DNA from: Oscillospiraceae bacterium
GTDB lineage: Bacteria; Bacillota; Clostridia; Oscillospirales; SIG627
Direction: 5' to 3'
DNA length: 64,000 nt
Assembly: GCA_015064635.1 (NCBI GenBank)
Contig: SVRV01000002.1
Coordinates: 80,140 to 144,139 of the forward strand
Positions 9,264-20,874 of this stretch are shown here, piece by piece; the stretch's first letter is position 1, and each line of letters begins with the position of its first letter. The translations under genes were made by a program, and so were the position numbers. The notes under the pieces are model-generated. The model made no database searches, was not told where the DNA came from, and saw only the letters and a program-made list of their open reading frames with translations.

Positions 9264-9527
9264 TTAATCAACGAATCCTTTGAGAACAAGGGTAGCAAGT
9301 CCATCAATTGCATCTGTCTCGTCTATACCGTCAGCAATAATCTTAACAGCTGAGTCCTTATCGATCCCCAGCGAAAGAACGCCAAGCAAACTCTTTGCGT
9401 TTGCACGTCTATCTCCGTGTTCAATCCAAACGGAAGACTTATAAGTATTTGCTTTCTGAATAAAGTAAGTAGCAGGTCTTGCGTGAAGACCGACACTGTT
9501 TGTAACTGTGACCTCTTTTGAAATCAT
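9264..9527 (-). CDS. ptsH: phosphocarrier protein HPr
   Basis: His15 context VGLHARPA and Ser46 context NAKSLLGVLSLG. Start moved to the second ATG, which has an AGGAG 8 nt upstream. Confidence 0.85.
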   Translation of the reverse strand: MISKEVTVTNSVGLHARPATYFIQKANTYKSSVWIEHGDRRANAKSLLGVLSLGIDKDSAVKIIADGIDETDAIDGLATLVLKGFVD

Positions 9528-9567
9528 TTCCATTGCTCCTAATTATAAAAAATTATCACTTTTTGTA

Positions 9568-9596
9568 ATTATAACAAATGTTTTTACGAAAATCAA
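9568..9596 (-). promoter_or_regulatory. sigma-A type promoter for ptsH
   Basis: Minus strand: TTGATT, 17 nt, TATAAT. Confidence 0.55.
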
Positions 9597-9681
9597 TAGA
9601 ATATTTTGCAAATTTTTAACTATTATGAAAAATAAACATTTTTTCGATTGCATTCGTTATGAATTTATTGATTTTTCACAA

Positions 9682-10173
9682 CTAATTTTTAGCCGTTTCC
9701 TTAGCTTTTGCATCAGTTACTTCAAAATTAAAGGAAACATCGTTAGTGTAAGCACTAATATATCGTCCGGAAGCAACAAAGAAATTTCCGTTTATCATGT
9801 TACCTTCCTTGGTTGAACTTCCCTTTCCTTCTATTGTAAGGAAAATATCATATCGGTCGGGTATATATGTCTTTTTGATTTCGCCACTGTCAAGAGCGAT
9901 ATAGGTTTCGGCGGGTCTATAATTCTTGGCAGTAATTTTACCCAAAGCTGCATCGTCCTTTTGAGCGTAAACCACGTCATCTATCTGAATAATTGAAAAG
10001 GTATCTTTTTGAACGTTATTGATTCTTACTGTAAACTCTATGGTCTGGTTAGAGCGTGCACCGATAACGCTGTCCTTCAATCCGCTTCTGAAAACGATTG
10101 ACACAACCGCTATAATAATTACTAACAGTATCAAAAAATCTATGACGTTAAATTTAATCTTTTTATTTTTCAC
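9682..10173 (-). CDS. single-pass membrane protein, DUF4330-like
   Basis: N-terminus KFNVIDFLILLVIIIAVVSIVF followed by a beta-rich ectodomain. It is a paralogue of the next gene. The family assignment is from memory. Confidence 0.5.
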   Translation of the reverse strand: MKNKKIKFNVIDFLILLVIIIAVVSIVFRSGLKDSVIGARSNQTIEFTVRINNVQKDTFSIIQIDDVVYAQKDDAALGKITAKNYRPAETYIALDSGEIKKTYIPDRYDIFLTIEGKGSSTKEGNMINGNFFVASGRYISAYTNDVSFNFEVTDAKAKETAKN

Positions 10174-10717
10174 CGCTCTCTACCTCCTCATCAACTTCAT
10201 CAATCTGCAAACAAAATCCTTCTCCTACAAATTCGGGAACTCTAAAATACACCAAATGTCCTACACGTAATACAAAAGCATTTTTCTTATAGCCTTCGTC
10301 AGTTTTTTTGAGAGTATCTCTCACTCGTACCTTTACATTGTAATATTCATACTGAGGCTCAGCTTCAGCCGATAAATCGCTTTCTTCATCTGTCAAAACA
10401 GGATAATATTGAATAAACATTTCACCCGTGTTTGTATCCGTTGCAATATTGTATGCAGGTGAAACCACAATATCAACAACTTTTCCTATTTGCTGTTCTC
10501 TGACAGTTTCAACTACCGTATCACCGACTTTTATGTTGTCAACGTAATCACGGTGCACGGTTTTAAATTCTACGATATACTCTACTTCCACGTCTTGATT
10601 GGAAGCCACTAAATTACGTGCAGACATATAAAAGTAAAGTACTGCTCCAATTGCAACAACTGTCAATATAATAAAGACATCTATAATGTTAAACCTATAT
10701 TTTTTATTCTTGTTCAT
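10163..10717 (-). CDS. single-pass membrane protein, DUF4330-like (paralogue)
   Basis: N-terminus RFNIIDVFIILTVVAIGAVLYFY. Overlaps the downstream paralogue by 11 nt. Confidence 0.5.
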   Translation of the reverse strand: MNKNKKYRFNIIDVFIILTVVAIGAVLYFYMSARNLVASNQDVEVEYIVEFKTVHRDYVDNIKVGDTVVETVREQQIGKVVDIVVSPAYNIATDTNTGEMFIQYYPVLTDEESDLSAEAEPQYEYYNVKVRVRDTLKKTDEGYKKNAFVLRVGHLVYFRVPEFVGEGFCLQIDEVDEEVESGEK

Positions 10718-10729
10718 AAAGCTTACACC

Positions 10730-12634
10730 TCACATTATATTATTTTCAGGTATTTCATCGGATTTATATATATTTATTGCGGTAGATGCAATGCCTATCA
10801 TCATCCAGAAGAAAGCAAATACTCTGTAATTATACCAGACATAGTCTGTTAAACCTTGTACCAATATTGCTACAATTCCGCAAGTAACAGCACCTACCAA
10901 CAGCCTTGCATCCGAAAAGCTCGTTGACTTAATAAAGGTAAATGCTTTATTAACGAATAAAAACATCGTCAGCATAAACACAGCAAAACCGAGTATACCA
11001 AGCTCTATCATAATTTGCATATAAAGATTATGTGAATGGGGAGCAGTTTCTATTCCTGCCAAGGCATATTCGGAATATACAGCCTGATAAGCACCTGTTC
11101 CTATTCCGATTCCCGTAAGCGGAAAGTCCTTTATCATCCCAAGTGACGCCTCCCAAATATACACTCTGTACGAAGTAGAAGAATCTGTCATATTACCTAT
11201 ACTTGTAAATCGTGATACAATCGACTCCGGCAAAAAAGGAATCGCAAGAGGAAAAGCTAACATTCCCATAATATATGCACCCAGGGAATTCTTGTTAAGA
11301 ATTATGAAAAATATCAAAAGCGAAACAATACAACCAAGCCATGCACCTCGTGACCAAGTAAAAATCAAGGCCGCTACAGATGCAACAAGGGAAACCAGTG
11401 AAAGCGACTTGCCCGACATTTTCTTTGCAAGAAGCATAAACGTCAATGCAAGAGGAATCAGCATTATCAAATATTCACCAAAAACATTTGGATTTTCAAA
11501 AGTTGACACTACTCTTGTTTCAATGGCAGAAAACATATCTTCGTCAGTCCAAGTTGTATCAGGTGCTTCGAAAAAGTTCTGATAAATACCATAAAGAGAA
11601 CAAATTGTAAATGAAACAAGTGAAAAAGAAATCAGCTTTTTCAAGAGCTCTTTTGTCTTTATCAAATTAACTATCAAAAAATATGACAGCATAAAACAAA
11701 AGAACACACTCGCAGGAGGCAAACTTTCCGAAGGCGACACCGAAAAAAGACCGCCAAAAATCATGAGAATGGCAAAAGCCAAAACAAATAAATCAAGAAG
11801 CTCAAATCTTATTGATCTTTTTCCTCTTATGGCTTTAAAAAGAAATGCTATGAGCGTTAATATCAATTCGCCGCAAATGACCATAGTCGGTAAAAACGGC
11901 AAGGTTGCGATTGTAAGAATAACATTAAATTCGGGTTTGTTAAACGTGAGTGCAAGATAAACAAATCCAAATAAAGCGGCAACAAAAATAACGGGTGGGA
12001 TAAAAATAGCCAGCACACCAAGAAAAACTCCTATTAAAACAGGAAGTGCCGTTGTATCGCCCACAGCGGTACGCATTACGTCTTTGTTTTTATATCCGAT
12101 AAAACCTATAATTCTTTTAGATATTCCACTTGAAAGTAATGCTGTACAAAGCTGTTCTTTAGAGAGCAATAGCGGTATCGAAATCAATATGAACGCTATT
12201 CCCTGCCAAGGCAAATCAGAAATTGTGCTCAACTCGGCATTTTCCAAAAACGTCTTAATTAATTCTGTGCCGGTTGCAAAAAAGCCCAATATAAAAAGTA
12301 TTACGCCGTAAAACTTAAGCTTAGCCCCAAGCAAAAAATCAATAACTTTATTTATCAATCCGTAAAAGAAGCTATTTTCCACCCTTGATGAAATAGAATT
12401 CTTTAATCCAAGTACAGTTTTTGATCGAGGTTTAATTTTATTTACTGTTTCTCCCGCAAAACTGTCAGAATAGGAATCCGTCATATTATCGTACGAGGTA
12501 AACAGCTGAGCCAATCTGCTTGTTCTTATTTTAGAATAGAAGAAGTCTGAAATCTTGATTAAGACGTTGATAAAAAAACTCGATTCAAAGCTCTTATAGA
12601 TTTTTCCTTTTTTGCTGTTGCTCAAAAGATTCAC
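10730..12634 (-). CDS. polytopic membrane protein, O-antigen ligase/polymerase (Wzy_C)-like
   Basis: At least 10 predicted TM helices. The periplasmic-loop style segment WSRGAWLG...GIGTGAY...HSHNLYMQ is typical of the O-antigen ligase family. Confidence 0.6.
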   Translation of the reverse strand: MNLLSNSKKGKIYKSFESSFFINVLIKISDFFYSKIRTSRLAQLFTSYDNMTDSYSDSFAGETVNKIKPRSKTVLGLKNSISSRVENSFFYGLINKVIDFLLGAKLKFYGVILFILGFFATGTELIKTFLENAELSTISDLPWQGIAFILISIPLLLSKEQLCTALLSSGISKRIIGFIGYKNKDVMRTAVGDTTALPVLIGVFLGVLAIFIPPVIFVAALFGFVYLALTFNKPEFNVILTIATLPFLPTMVICGELILTLIAFLFKAIRGKRSIRFELLDLFVLAFAILMIFGGLFSVSPSESLPPASVFFCFMLSYFLIVNLIKTKELLKKLISFSLVSFTICSLYGIYQNFFEAPDTTWTDEDMFSAIETRVVSTFENPNVFGEYLIMLIPLALTFMLLAKKMSGKSLSLVSLVASVAALIFTWSRGAWLGCIVSLLIFFIILNKNSLGAYIMGMLAFPLAIPFLPESIVSRFTSIGNMTDSSTSYRVYIWEASLGMIKDFPLTGIGIGTGAYQAVYSEYALAGIETAPHSHNLYMQIMIELGILGFAVFMLTMFLFVNKAFTFIKSTSFSDARLLVGAVTCGIVAILVQGLTDYVWYNYRVFAFFWMMIGIASTAINIYKSDEIPENNIM

Positions 12635-14184
12635 TCCTTATCCTTTTTTATCAATGAAATGACTGTTTTTTCTTTAAGAATAAATAAAAGTAAAAAATAA
12701 ACCACTACTCCAACAAATGCTATTATACAAGAATAAAGCACATTCAATACTATTCCCTGTGTATATGGTGAAGTGCTGATAAAGCGTTTCAACTGCATCA
12801 TTGCATATGCTGAGAAAAGCCCTGAAACTATCAATTTAAATATATTAAAAACACATGTTAAATCCAAAAAATTCTTAATATTTTTAACCGCAAATATCAG
12901 CATTGAAATTCCCGCAAACAGAATTCCTGCAGAATATGCAAAGCCGAGCGCTGAAATATCAAGAGAAGTAAAATTGAGTAAAGCATAAAGCATCAAAAAG
13001 TCAACGATGATTGCAAATATAACAGAAACTACAACAAATTTCGGCTTTTTTAATGCATAAAACAATCTGCTCAAATATTCTACTAAAGTAAAGCCTATCA
13101 TTCCGGGTACAAGGGCTTTTAAAATTGCACAAACATTGTTTGCCGATGAAACATCAAATGAGCCTCTGAGATATACGATAGATATTCCTTCAGGTGCGAG
13201 TGCAAAAACTATTGCCGCTATCGGTACAGTCATCATCAGCGCACTAATAAGACCGTTTCTTCCCGTTTTTGAAAAGCTTTCGGTATCATTATTTGCCTCA
13301 AGAGACAGCTTCGGAAAAAAATAATTGCAAATTCCGTAAGTGGTTATTCCCGTAATTACCGTAAACAAATTTATTGAATACTCAAAAGAAGGTATCGCTC
13401 CTTGAGTCGCAGTGAAAGATGCAAAACGCATACTTAACAGCATACAAACAGGAGAAAGCCAAGAGCCCATCATAATCGACGGAGTCAATTTTAATGCTGT
13501 TAAGAATCCTTTGTTTTTGAAATCAAAAATTGGTCTATAACTGTATTTTGTTTTTATCAACGGAACAATAAGTGTCAAAAGCTGAACGAGCCATGCAACT
13601 GTATAAGAAACTGCAAGTCCGACAATTCCGAAACGGTCATTGAATACAAGAAAATAAAGTATTATTAACACATTGGATACGGCACTTATAAATGCCGGTA
13701 CAATGTATTCGCCGTTTGACTGCAAAACTCCGACAAAAGTATATGATGCCGCAGCAAAAACAATCAGCGGAAACATAATTCTAAGTAATAAAACAGCAGT
13801 TTTAAGCGTTTCGGGAAGCAATCCGGGAGCAACGATTTTAAGAAGCGGCTCAGCAAAAACAATTCCAAGTAAAGCCACAATTCCCGTAAGCAGCAGTAAA
13901 AAGTTCAAATAAACAGAAGCAAAACGATTCTGCTCTTTTTTGCTTTCATCGCCCGTAAAAGAATTATACACCGGAATAAAGCACCCTAAAATTGCCGATG
14001 CAAATACTATATCAAAGAATGAAAGAGGTATTCTTGACGCCGCAGAAAATGCGGTAGCTTTTTCTGTAATTCCATACGCAGAAGCTAACAATACGCCTCT
14101 GAACATACCAAGGAGCTTTGATATCAGCATAGCTACAATCATAAAAAACACTGTTACTGCAGCTGATTTACTTTTCTTTTGCAT
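12631..14184 (-). CDS. murJ: lipid II flippase MurJ (MviN family)
   Basis: 14-TM MOP-superfamily profile. The N-terminus ISKLLGMFRGVLLASAYGITEKATAFSAASRIP is typical of MurJ. Confidence 0.8.
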   Translation of the reverse strand: MQKKSKSAAVTVFFMIVAMLISKLLGMFRGVLLASAYGITEKATAFSAASRIPLSFFDIVFASAILGCFIPVYNSFTGDESKKEQNRFASVYLNFLLLLTGIVALLGIVFAEPLLKIVAPGLLPETLKTAVLLLRIMFPLIVFAAASYTFVGVLQSNGEYIVPAFISAVSNVLIILYFLVFNDRFGIVGLAVSYTVAWLVQLLTLIVPLIKTKYSYRPIFDFKNKGFLTALKLTPSIMMGSWLSPVCMLLSMRFASFTATQGAIPSFEYSINLFTVITGITTYGICNYFFPKLSLEANNDTESFSKTGRNGLISALMMTVPIAAIVFALAPEGISIVYLRGSFDVSSANNVCAILKALVPGMIGFTLVEYLSRLFYALKKPKFVVVSVIFAIIVDFLMLYALLNFTSLDISALGFAYSAGILFAGISMLIFAVKNIKNFLDLTCVFNIFKLIVSGLFSAYAMMQLKRFISTSPYTQGIVLNVLYSCIIAFVGVVVYFLLLFILKEKTVISLIKKDKE

Positions 14185-14932
14185 TTGCCTCTCCCCCGGT
14201 ACACGCCTTAATTATATATTTTTTCAGTTCCTGCTCTTTTTCGCGGATATCTACTTTTTCATACAAATCAGGACGTCTTTCTTTGGTTATTTCAAGAGAT
14301 TTTTCAAAGCGCCACCTCTCGATTTTTGCATGGTCACCTGACAAAAGGACATCCGGTACCTTGGCGCCGTGAAACTCATACGGCCTTGTATATTGAGGAA
14401 ATTCTAAAAGACCGTTGGCAATGCTCTCTTTTTCGTGGCATTCGCTGTCAGACAGAACTCCGTCAACAAGCCTTGAAACAGCATCCACTATTATAGCGGC
14501 GGCAAGCTCTCCACCTGTCAATACATAATCACCAAGCGAGATTTCGTCATCAACAATCTCGTCAAGAATTCTTTGATCCACACCCTCATAATGACCGCAC
14601 AAAATAACAATGTTTTCCTTTTGCACGAGTTCTTCCGCAACTTTATGGGTAAAAAGCCTTCCCTTAGGTGACACATATATTGTATGAGGCTTACTGTCCA
14701 TACTGTTAGTTACCGCTTCATAACAATTATAAATCGGCGGTGCCGCCATGAGCATTCCCATACCACCACCGTAAGGTGTATCATCAACCTTTCGGTGCTT
14801 ATTCTCGGAGTAATCACGAATATTGTGACACTCAATATTTATTATTCCATTTTTTCTGGCTCTTCCGATTATGCTTTCATTAAAAATGGTATCAAGCATC
14901 ACCGGAAAAAGCGTTAACACATCAAAACGCAT
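14168..14932 (-). CDS. trmD: tRNA (guanine37-N1)-methyltransferase
   Basis: MRFDVLTLFP start, YGGGMGM, and GHYEGVDQR...LGDYVLTGGE motifs. Confidence 0.9.
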   Translation of the reverse strand: MRFDVLTLFPVMLDTIFNESIIGRARKNGIINIECHNIRDYSENKHRKVDDTPYGGGMGMLMAAPPIYNCYEAVTNSMDSKPHTIYVSPKGRLFTHKVAEELVQKENIVILCGHYEGVDQRILDEIVDDEISLGDYVLTGGELAAAIIVDAVSRLVDGVLSDSECHEKESIANGLLEFPQYTRPYEFHGAKVPDVLLSGDHAKIERWRFEKSLEITKERRPDLYEKVDIREKEQELKKYIIKACTGGEANAKEK

Positions 14933-15435
14933 CAGTCGATAAGCCCCTCAATCAATTCGAAATATACACCTGATTCAAGATCAATTTTCTTCACAAAAAC
15001 CGGTATGGCAGGTATAAATACAGTTTTTGATGAATCAAGCTGTATCTCATACAAATCACCGCTTCCGCGATCTGTAGAATCAATTATCTTTCCGAACACG
15101 TTTCCGTTTGAAATATCTATTGCAGGTAAGCCTATAATATCGGCAATAAATACGGCTCCGTCCTTTTTGGGAACATCGTCTCTGTCAACATAAACCGTTT
15201 TACTTTTAAATTTCAATGCATCATCCAGCGAATCAATTCCTTTGAATTTAACAAGCATAAACTTTCCGAATTTACGGATTGCTTCAACTTCAAGCTCTCC
15301 CTCTCCGTTATCAAAAAGATAAAAACGCTTGACTTTTAAATAGCTTGACTGTGTGTCGCACCATACATCAAACTTAAATTCGCCTCTTACGCCATGTGTA
15401 TTAATAAGCTTTCCCGCTTCAAGGTATTTTATCAT
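14932..15435 (-). CDS. rimM: 16S rRNA processing protein RimM
   Basis: GKLINTHGVRGEFK N-terminal barrel and a PRC-barrel C-terminus. It sits in the canonical position upstream of trmD. Confidence 0.85.
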   Translation of the reverse strand: MIKYLEAGKLINTHGVRGEFKFDVWCDTQSSYLKVKRFYLFDNGEGELEVEAIRKFGKFMLVKFKGIDSLDDALKFKSKTVYVDRDDVPKKDGAVFIADIIGLPAIDISNGNVFGKIIDSTDRGSGDLYEIQLDSSKTVFIPAIPVFVKKIDLESGVYFELIEGLID

Positions 15436-15513
15436 AATTTTCCAAACCTATAAATATTTTTCTTTTAATTATACCACAGTGCTGTGTATTTTTCAACCAT
15501 TATTTACCGTTAA

Positions 15514-16188
15514 TCAGTTTTCGAAGTTTATATTGGTTCTTGTAATGGAATAAAAATCAATAGCATCGTTAATCTCTTGGTTGTTTTTAAGCCCGGTCAT
15601 AACAAGCTCGGGACTTAAATAGTTATTTTGTGCCGCCATCAGTTTGAGATTGACAAGAAGAACTTTTGCATTCTGTTCAACCGAAAATCCTTTTATCATT
15701 GGCTGAATATCTACGTCCCTATCACCCGCTTTGGATTTTTTAAAAACAATAAGCGGCGAAGACAATATTTTTTCAAATTTATCACAAACAGATTCTTCGC
15801 TTTTTAAATCTACTATGATTTCATAATCCGCTGTTGTTATTTCATTAAAAGACCCTGATGGATAGAATGCATCAATAAAACCAAGTCCCTGGGGAAGATT
15901 TGGAATTATAGCATCTTTAAACTCCAAAGGAGTATACAAAGGAACGTTTGGTCTGGCTTCATCCATTACCATATACACATCAAGCAATTCGCACTCACTT
16001 TCAGTACCAACACCCAAAGGCAAAGCAAAAACCATCTTGGGATGGGGGTTAAAGCCCTGAGTGTAGCGAACAGGTATACGGCTTCGCTTGATTATTCTTG
16101 TCAGTGCCCTTTGAAGGTCAAGATGGGAAATATACTTTAATCCGCACTTTTTTGAAAACTTAAAGCGGATAATATTTTTATTCTCCAT
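15514..16188 (-). CDS. radical-SAM-associated protein (TIGR03936 / DUF2344-like)
   Basis: RFKFSKKCGLKYISHLDLQRALTRIIKRSRIPVRYTQGFNPHPK signature. Always partnered with the preceding gene family. Confidence 0.7.
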   Translation of the reverse strand: MENKNIIRFKFSKKCGLKYISHLDLQRALTRIIKRSRIPVRYTQGFNPHPKMVFALPLGVGTESECELLDVYMVMDEARPNVPLYTPLEFKDAIIPNLPQGLGFIDAFYPSGSFNEITTADYEIIVDLKSEESVCDKFEKILSSPLIVFKKSKAGDRDVDIQPMIKGFSVEQNAKVLLVNLKLMAAQNNYLSPELVMTGLKNNQEINDAIDFYSITRTNINFEN

Positions 16189-18029
16189 TATCGTACCTCC
16201 TGCTTGATTTTACAGTTCATTGCTCCGCATCCCGAGCACTTTTCTCTGCAATTCGGTGTAACAATACCTTTTTTTGCGTTCTCGTTTTCACGTATGAGGA
16301 ACTCCTTGGTTACGCCTATATCTATAATATCCCAAGGTAAAATTTCATCATATTCCATTTTGCGATTTGCGTAGAACGAAGGATCAATATTCACTTCTTC
16401 GAATGCTTTTATCCATCTGTCAAAGCTGAAGTGCTCACTCCATGCGTCAAACTTCTGACCCAGCTTGTAAGCCGCAACTATTGCCTTTGAAAGCCTTCTG
16501 TCACCCTTTGCTAAAACAGCTTCTATAAAGCTCACTCTTGAATCGTGCCAGGTGTAGTTAATCTTCTTGGTAGTGATACTGTCTTTCAATAGCATCTGCT
16601 TACGTTTGAGTTCTTCAACTGTATCTTGTCCCTCCCACTGGAAAGGAGTAAAAGGCTTTGGAACGAAGCATGAAACACTTATATTAACATTAACACCCTT
16701 ACCTTTGGGCTTGTTGGGTGAGTTATAAAACAAATTAACAACAGCTTGAGAAAGCTCGGCAATAGCCACAATATCTTCATCGGTCTCGGTTGGAAGACCT
16801 GACATGAAATACAGTTTCACAGAGGTTCTTCCTTCTGAAAATGCCCATGAAACCGATCTGAACAGGTCGACCTCGGTTATTCCTTTGTTAATGACATCAC
16901 GCAATCTTTGAGTACCTGCTTCAACAGCAAAAGTAAGTCCCGACTTTCTAAGGCTCATGACCTTATCCATCAATTCTTTGGTAAAGCTGTCTAATCTGAG
17001 AGACGGCAAGGAAAGATTTATTTTCTCATCATTTGTCCAGGAAAGTAATTTATCTGTAAGCTCAGGCAATGCTGTGTAATCGCTTGAGCTTAAAGAGGAA
17101 ACCGATATCTCTTCATATCCGCAATTCTGTATAGTTTCCTTTGCCATACAGTTAAGCACATCTGCACTTCTCTCTCTTACCGGGCGATATATCATGCCGG
17201 CCTGACAAAATCTGCAACCTCGGATACAACCTCTGAATATTTCCAGAGTTGCTCTGTCATGAACGGTTTCTATATAAGGTATTATCTGTTTTGTAGGGTA
17301 ATGAGCTTCGTCAAAATTTTCAACGATTCTCTTTTTAACCTTCTTGGGAGCTCCGTCTTGTACCGAAATTTTTGATATTTTGCCATCTTCTCCGTAAGAA
17401 AACTCATACAGCGAGGGCACGTAGAATCCTTCAAGCTCGGTTGCAATTCTGTAAAGTGTTTCTTTCTTCGTCAAATGCTTGCTTTTACAGTCAATCAGTA
17501 ACAGTGCAAGCTCAGGAAGGGACTCCTCTCCCTCTCCTATCGATAAAACATCGAAAAACTCGCAAAAAGGCTCGGGATTATATGTACAAGGACCTCCGCC
17601 TAAAACAAGCGGAAAGCTGTCGTCTCTGTCTTTGGCATAAAAAGGAATACCCGCCATATCAAGCATATACAATATGTTTGTGAAAAGTCCCTCGTACTGC
17701 ACGGTAAGTGCAAATACATCAAAATCAGCTATGCTGTCACCGCTCTCCAATGCAAACAAAGGAATACCGTTTTCCTTCATTTTTGTCGCCATATCTTCAG
17801 CAGGCGCAAAGGTTCTTTCACACCACACGTTTTCTATGTTGTTAAGGCATGAATAAAGAATTTTCATACCGAGATTAGACATACCTATCTCGTAAAGGTC
17901 CGGGAATCCGAAAGCAACACGAAGGTCAACCTTGCTTTTATCCTTCACTGTTTCCCACTGTTCTCCTCCGGTATACCTGCCCGGCTTTTCAACGTTTTTT
18001 AAAAAACGTTCTATATCCTTACGTATCAT
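16188..18029 (-). CDS. B12-binding-domain radical SAM protein (TIGR03960-like), function unknown
   Basis: [11 protein letters not shown] cluster motif. Start moved to the ATG at 18029 ([10 protein letters not shown]), which has an AGGAG upstream. It overlaps the uvrA stop by 11 nt and the next gene by 1 nt. Confidence 0.75.
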   Translation of the reverse strand: MIRKDIERFLKNVEKPGRYTGGEQWETVKDKSKVDLRVAFGFPDLYEIGMSNLGMKILYSCLNNIENVWCERTFAPAEDMATKMKENGIPLFALESGDSIADFDVFALTVQYEGLFTNILYMLDMAGIPFYAKDRDDSFPLVLGGGPCTYNPEPFCEFFDVLSIGEGEESLPELALLLIDCKSKHLTKKETLYRIATELEGFYVPSLYEFSYGEDGKISKISVQDGAPKKVKKRIVENFDEAHYPTKQIIPYIETVHDRATLEIFRGCIRGCRFCQAGMIYRPVRERSADVLNCMAKETIQNCGYEEISVSSLSSSDYTALPELTDKLLSWTNDEKINLSLPSLRLDSFTKELMDKVMSLRKSGLTFAVEAGTQRLRDVINKGITEVDLFRSVSWAFSEGRTSVKLYFMSGLPTETDEDIVAIAELSQAVVNLFYNSPNKPKGKGVNVNISVSCFVPKPFTPFQWEGQDTVEELKRKQMLLKDSITTKKINYTWHDSRVSFIEAVLAKGDRRLSKAIVAAYKLGQKFDAWSEHFSFDRWIKAFEEVNIDPSFYANRKMEYDEILPWDIIDIGVTKEFLIRENENAKKGIVTPNCREKCSGCGAMNCKIKQEVR

Positions 18030-20874
18030 TCTTAGTCTCCTTCTCAAAAATCTTTCTGAGGTATTCCCCCGTAAATGATTCATTTACAGACGAAACGTGC
18101 TCCGGAGTTCCGGTTGCTATGACCTCTCCGCCTTTATCGCCACCCTCAGGTCCCATATCAATTATATAGTCAGCTGTCTTTATCAAATCAAGATTGTGCT
18201 CGATTACAACAACGGTATTTCCTGCATCCACAAGACGCTGCAAAACTTCCACAAGCATCTTGACGTCAGCGGAATGAAGCCCTGTTGTCGGCTCGTCCAA
18301 GACATACATTGTATTTCCCGTACCGGGCTTTGAGAGTTCTGTTGCAAGTTTAACGCGCTGTGCTTCTCCTCCCGATAAAGTAGTAGAAGACTGCCCAAGC
18401 TTTATATATCCAAGGCCGACGTCACAAAGTGTCTGAATTTTCTTTTTTATCTGCGGCACGTTTTCAAAGAAAGTATTCGCTTCCTCTACGGTCATGTCCA
18501 AAACGTCTGCAATGCTCTTACCCTTGTACTTAACCTCCAAGGTCTCTCTGTTGTATCTCTTTCCGCCACATACGTCGCATGTTACATATACATCGGACAA
18601 AAAGTGCATTTCAATTTTTGTTGTTCCGTCACCCTCACACGCTTCGCATCGTCCCCCCTTCAAATTAAAAGAGAACCTGTCCTGACCAAAGCCTCTTTCC
18701 TTTGCATCTTTAGTAGAAGCAAACAAGGCACGAATGTGGTTGAAAACTCCCGTGTATGTTGCAGGGTTTGAACGAGGCGTTCTTCCTATGGGAGACTGGT
18801 CTATATCAATTACTTTATCGAGATGCTCTATACCGTCGATTCCATTTGATTTTCCCGGAATCAGTGAAGCTCTGTTCAAGTCTCTTGCCAAAGTTTTATA
18901 AAGTATTTCATTTACAAGAGAGGACTTTCCTGAGCCGGACACACCTGTAACGCAGGTGAAAGTACCAAGAGGTATTTCAACATCAACCGATTTCAGGTTA
19001 TTTTCTGCTGCTCCTTTTATACGGAGCTTATTACCGTTACCCAATCTGCGTACTTCGGGAATATGAATTTTTTCTACCCCCGAGAGAAACCTTCCTGTTG
19101 CTGAATTTGTACATTTTTTCAATTCACTCGGAGGTCCAGCGAATATGATTTCACCGCCGTGAACACCTGCAGCCGGTCCTATGTCAACAACAAAATCGGA
19201 TGCTTCAATAGTTTCTTCATCGTGCTCAACGACAATTACCGTATTACCTACATCACGCAGCTTTTTAAGCGTTGCAATAAGTTTTCCGTTGTCTCGCTGG
19301 TGTAAACCGATGCTTGGTTCGTCAAGAATATACATAACTCCTACGAGTGATGAGCCTATTTGTGTCGCAAGTCTTATTCTCTGGCTTTCGCCACCCGACA
19401 AGGTTGCAGACTTTCTTGAAAGTGATAAATACTCAAGTCCTACACTTTTCAAGAAATCAAGTCGAGTAATGATCTCCTTGATTATTTCTTTGGAAATCAC
19501 CTTTTCTTTTTCACTCAATGTCAAATTTTTAAAGAAACTCAAAGAATCACTTATACTCAAGTCACAGACTTCTGCGATGTTCTTTCCACCGACAGTAATA
19601 GAAAGTGCCTCTTTTTTTAATCTCTTGCCACTACATTCAGGGCAATCAACTTCATAAAAGAATTCGTCATAATAGTCTCCGCCGCCTTCTTCTACACGTC
19701 TGAGAATAATGTTTACTACTCCTTCGAAGGTTACCTCATAATTCTTCTTTCTGCCTTCTTTTGTGTACTGAACAACATATATTTCATCACCTGTTCCATA
19801 CATCATAGCATTAAATGCATCGGCAGAAAAATCCTTTATAGGTGTATCTAAATCAAATCCGTGAGCTTCGCCAACCTTTTTGAAGATACGTGTCGTCCAA
19901 CCGTCTTTATCTAAGCTCTTGAATCCGTTAACCTGTATTGCTCCTTCTGCAAGTGACAAATTCTTATCTGCGATTATTTTTTCTTCTGCAAGTGTCTTCT
20001 TTGTTCCAAGACCTGCGCAATGCGGACATGCGCCAAAAGGATTGTTGAAAGAAAACAGTCGAGGCAATATCTCTCCCAAGCTTATGCCGTGCTCTTCGCA
20101 AGCAAAATTTTCCGAAAAGGATATGATTCTGTCCGATGCATTTTCTTCTTTATCGACAAACTCTATCATAACAAGACCGTTGGATAACGAAAGAGCCGTT
20201 TCAACCGAATCGGTGAGTCTTGCACGGATGTCTTCTTTTTTCATTACAAGTCTGTCGATTACTATTTCTATATTGTGTTTTTTGTTTTTATCAAGCTCAA
20301 TATTGTCGGATAGACTATAAACAAATCCGTCTACTCTGACTCTGGCATATCCGCTTTTTATAGCGTCGCTGAAAATCTTTTCGTGAAGTCCTTTTTTTCC
20401 GCGTACTATGGGAGAAAGTATTTGGAAACGAACACCTTCGGGATAAGAAAGAATTTTTTCAATAATTTGGTCAATTGATTGTTTGGAGATTTCCTTTCCG
20501 CATATGGGACAGTGAGGAACACCTATGCTGGCAAAAAGGAGTCTCAAATAATCATAAATTTCGGTAACAGTTCCCACAGTAGATCGAGGATTTTTTGATG
20601 TTGTTTTTTGGTCAATGGAAATTGCAGGAGAAAGACCGTCTATAAAATCCACATCAGGCTTGTCCAACTGTCCAAGGAACTGTCTTGCGTATGAAGAAAG
20701 TGACTCAACAAATCTTCGGTATGCCTCTGCGTAAAGTGTATCGAATGCAAGAGATGACTTTCCGGAGCCCGAAAGGCCTGTAAATACGACCAATTGGTTT
20801 CTGGGTATCTCAACATTTATATTTTTTAAATTGTTTTCTCTTGCACCTTTAAGAACTATTTTATCTTTTATCAT
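18019..20874 (-). CDS. uvrA: excinuclease ABC subunit A
   Basis: Two ABC modules (GLSGSGKSS and GVSGSGKSS Walker A; LSGGESQR and LSGGEAQR signatures) plus zinc-finger Cys pairs. Confidence 0.95.
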   Translation of the reverse strand: MIKDKIVLKGARENNLKNINVEIPRNQLVVFTGLSGSGKSSLAFDTLYAEAYRRFVESLSSYARQFLGQLDKPDVDFIDGLSPAISIDQKTTSKNPRSTVGTVTEIYDYLRLLFASIGVPHCPICGKEISKQSIDQIIEKILSYPEGVRFQILSPIVRGKKGLHEKIFSDAIKSGYARVRVDGFVYSLSDNIELDKNKKHNIEIVIDRLVMKKEDIRARLTDSVETALSLSNGLVMIEFVDKEENASDRIISFSENFACEEHGISLGEILPRLFSFNNPFGACPHCAGLGTKKTLAEEKIIADKNLSLAEGAIQVNGFKSLDKDGWTTRIFKKVGEAHGFDLDTPIKDFSADAFNAMMYGTGDEIYVVQYTKEGRKKNYEVTFEGVVNIILRRVEEGGGDYYDEFFYEVDCPECSGKRLKKEALSITVGGKNIAEVCDLSISDSLSFFKNLTLSEKEKVISKEIIKEIITRLDFLKSVGLEYLSLSRKSATLSGGESQRIRLATQIGSSLVGVMYILDEPSIGLHQRDNGKLIATLKKLRDVGNTVIVVEHDEETIEASDFVVDIGPAAGVHGGEIIFAGPPSELKKCTNSATGRFLSGVEKIHIPEVRRLGNGNKLRIKGAAENNLKSVDVEIPLGTFTCVTGVSGSGKSSLVNEILYKTLARDLNRASLIPGKSNGIDGIEHLDKVIDIDQSPIGRTPRSNPATYTGVFNHIRALFASTKDAKERGFGQDRFSFNLKGGRCEACEGDGTTKIEMHFLSDVYVTCDVCGGKRYNRETLEVKYKGKSIADVLDMTVEEANTFFENVPQIKKKIQTLCDVGLGYIKLGQSSTTLSGGEAQRVKLATELSKPGTGNTMYVLDEPTTGLHSADVKMLVEVLQRLVDAGNTVVVIEHNLDLIKTADYIIDMGPEGGDKGGEVIATGTPEHVSSVNESFTGEYLRKIFEKETKNDT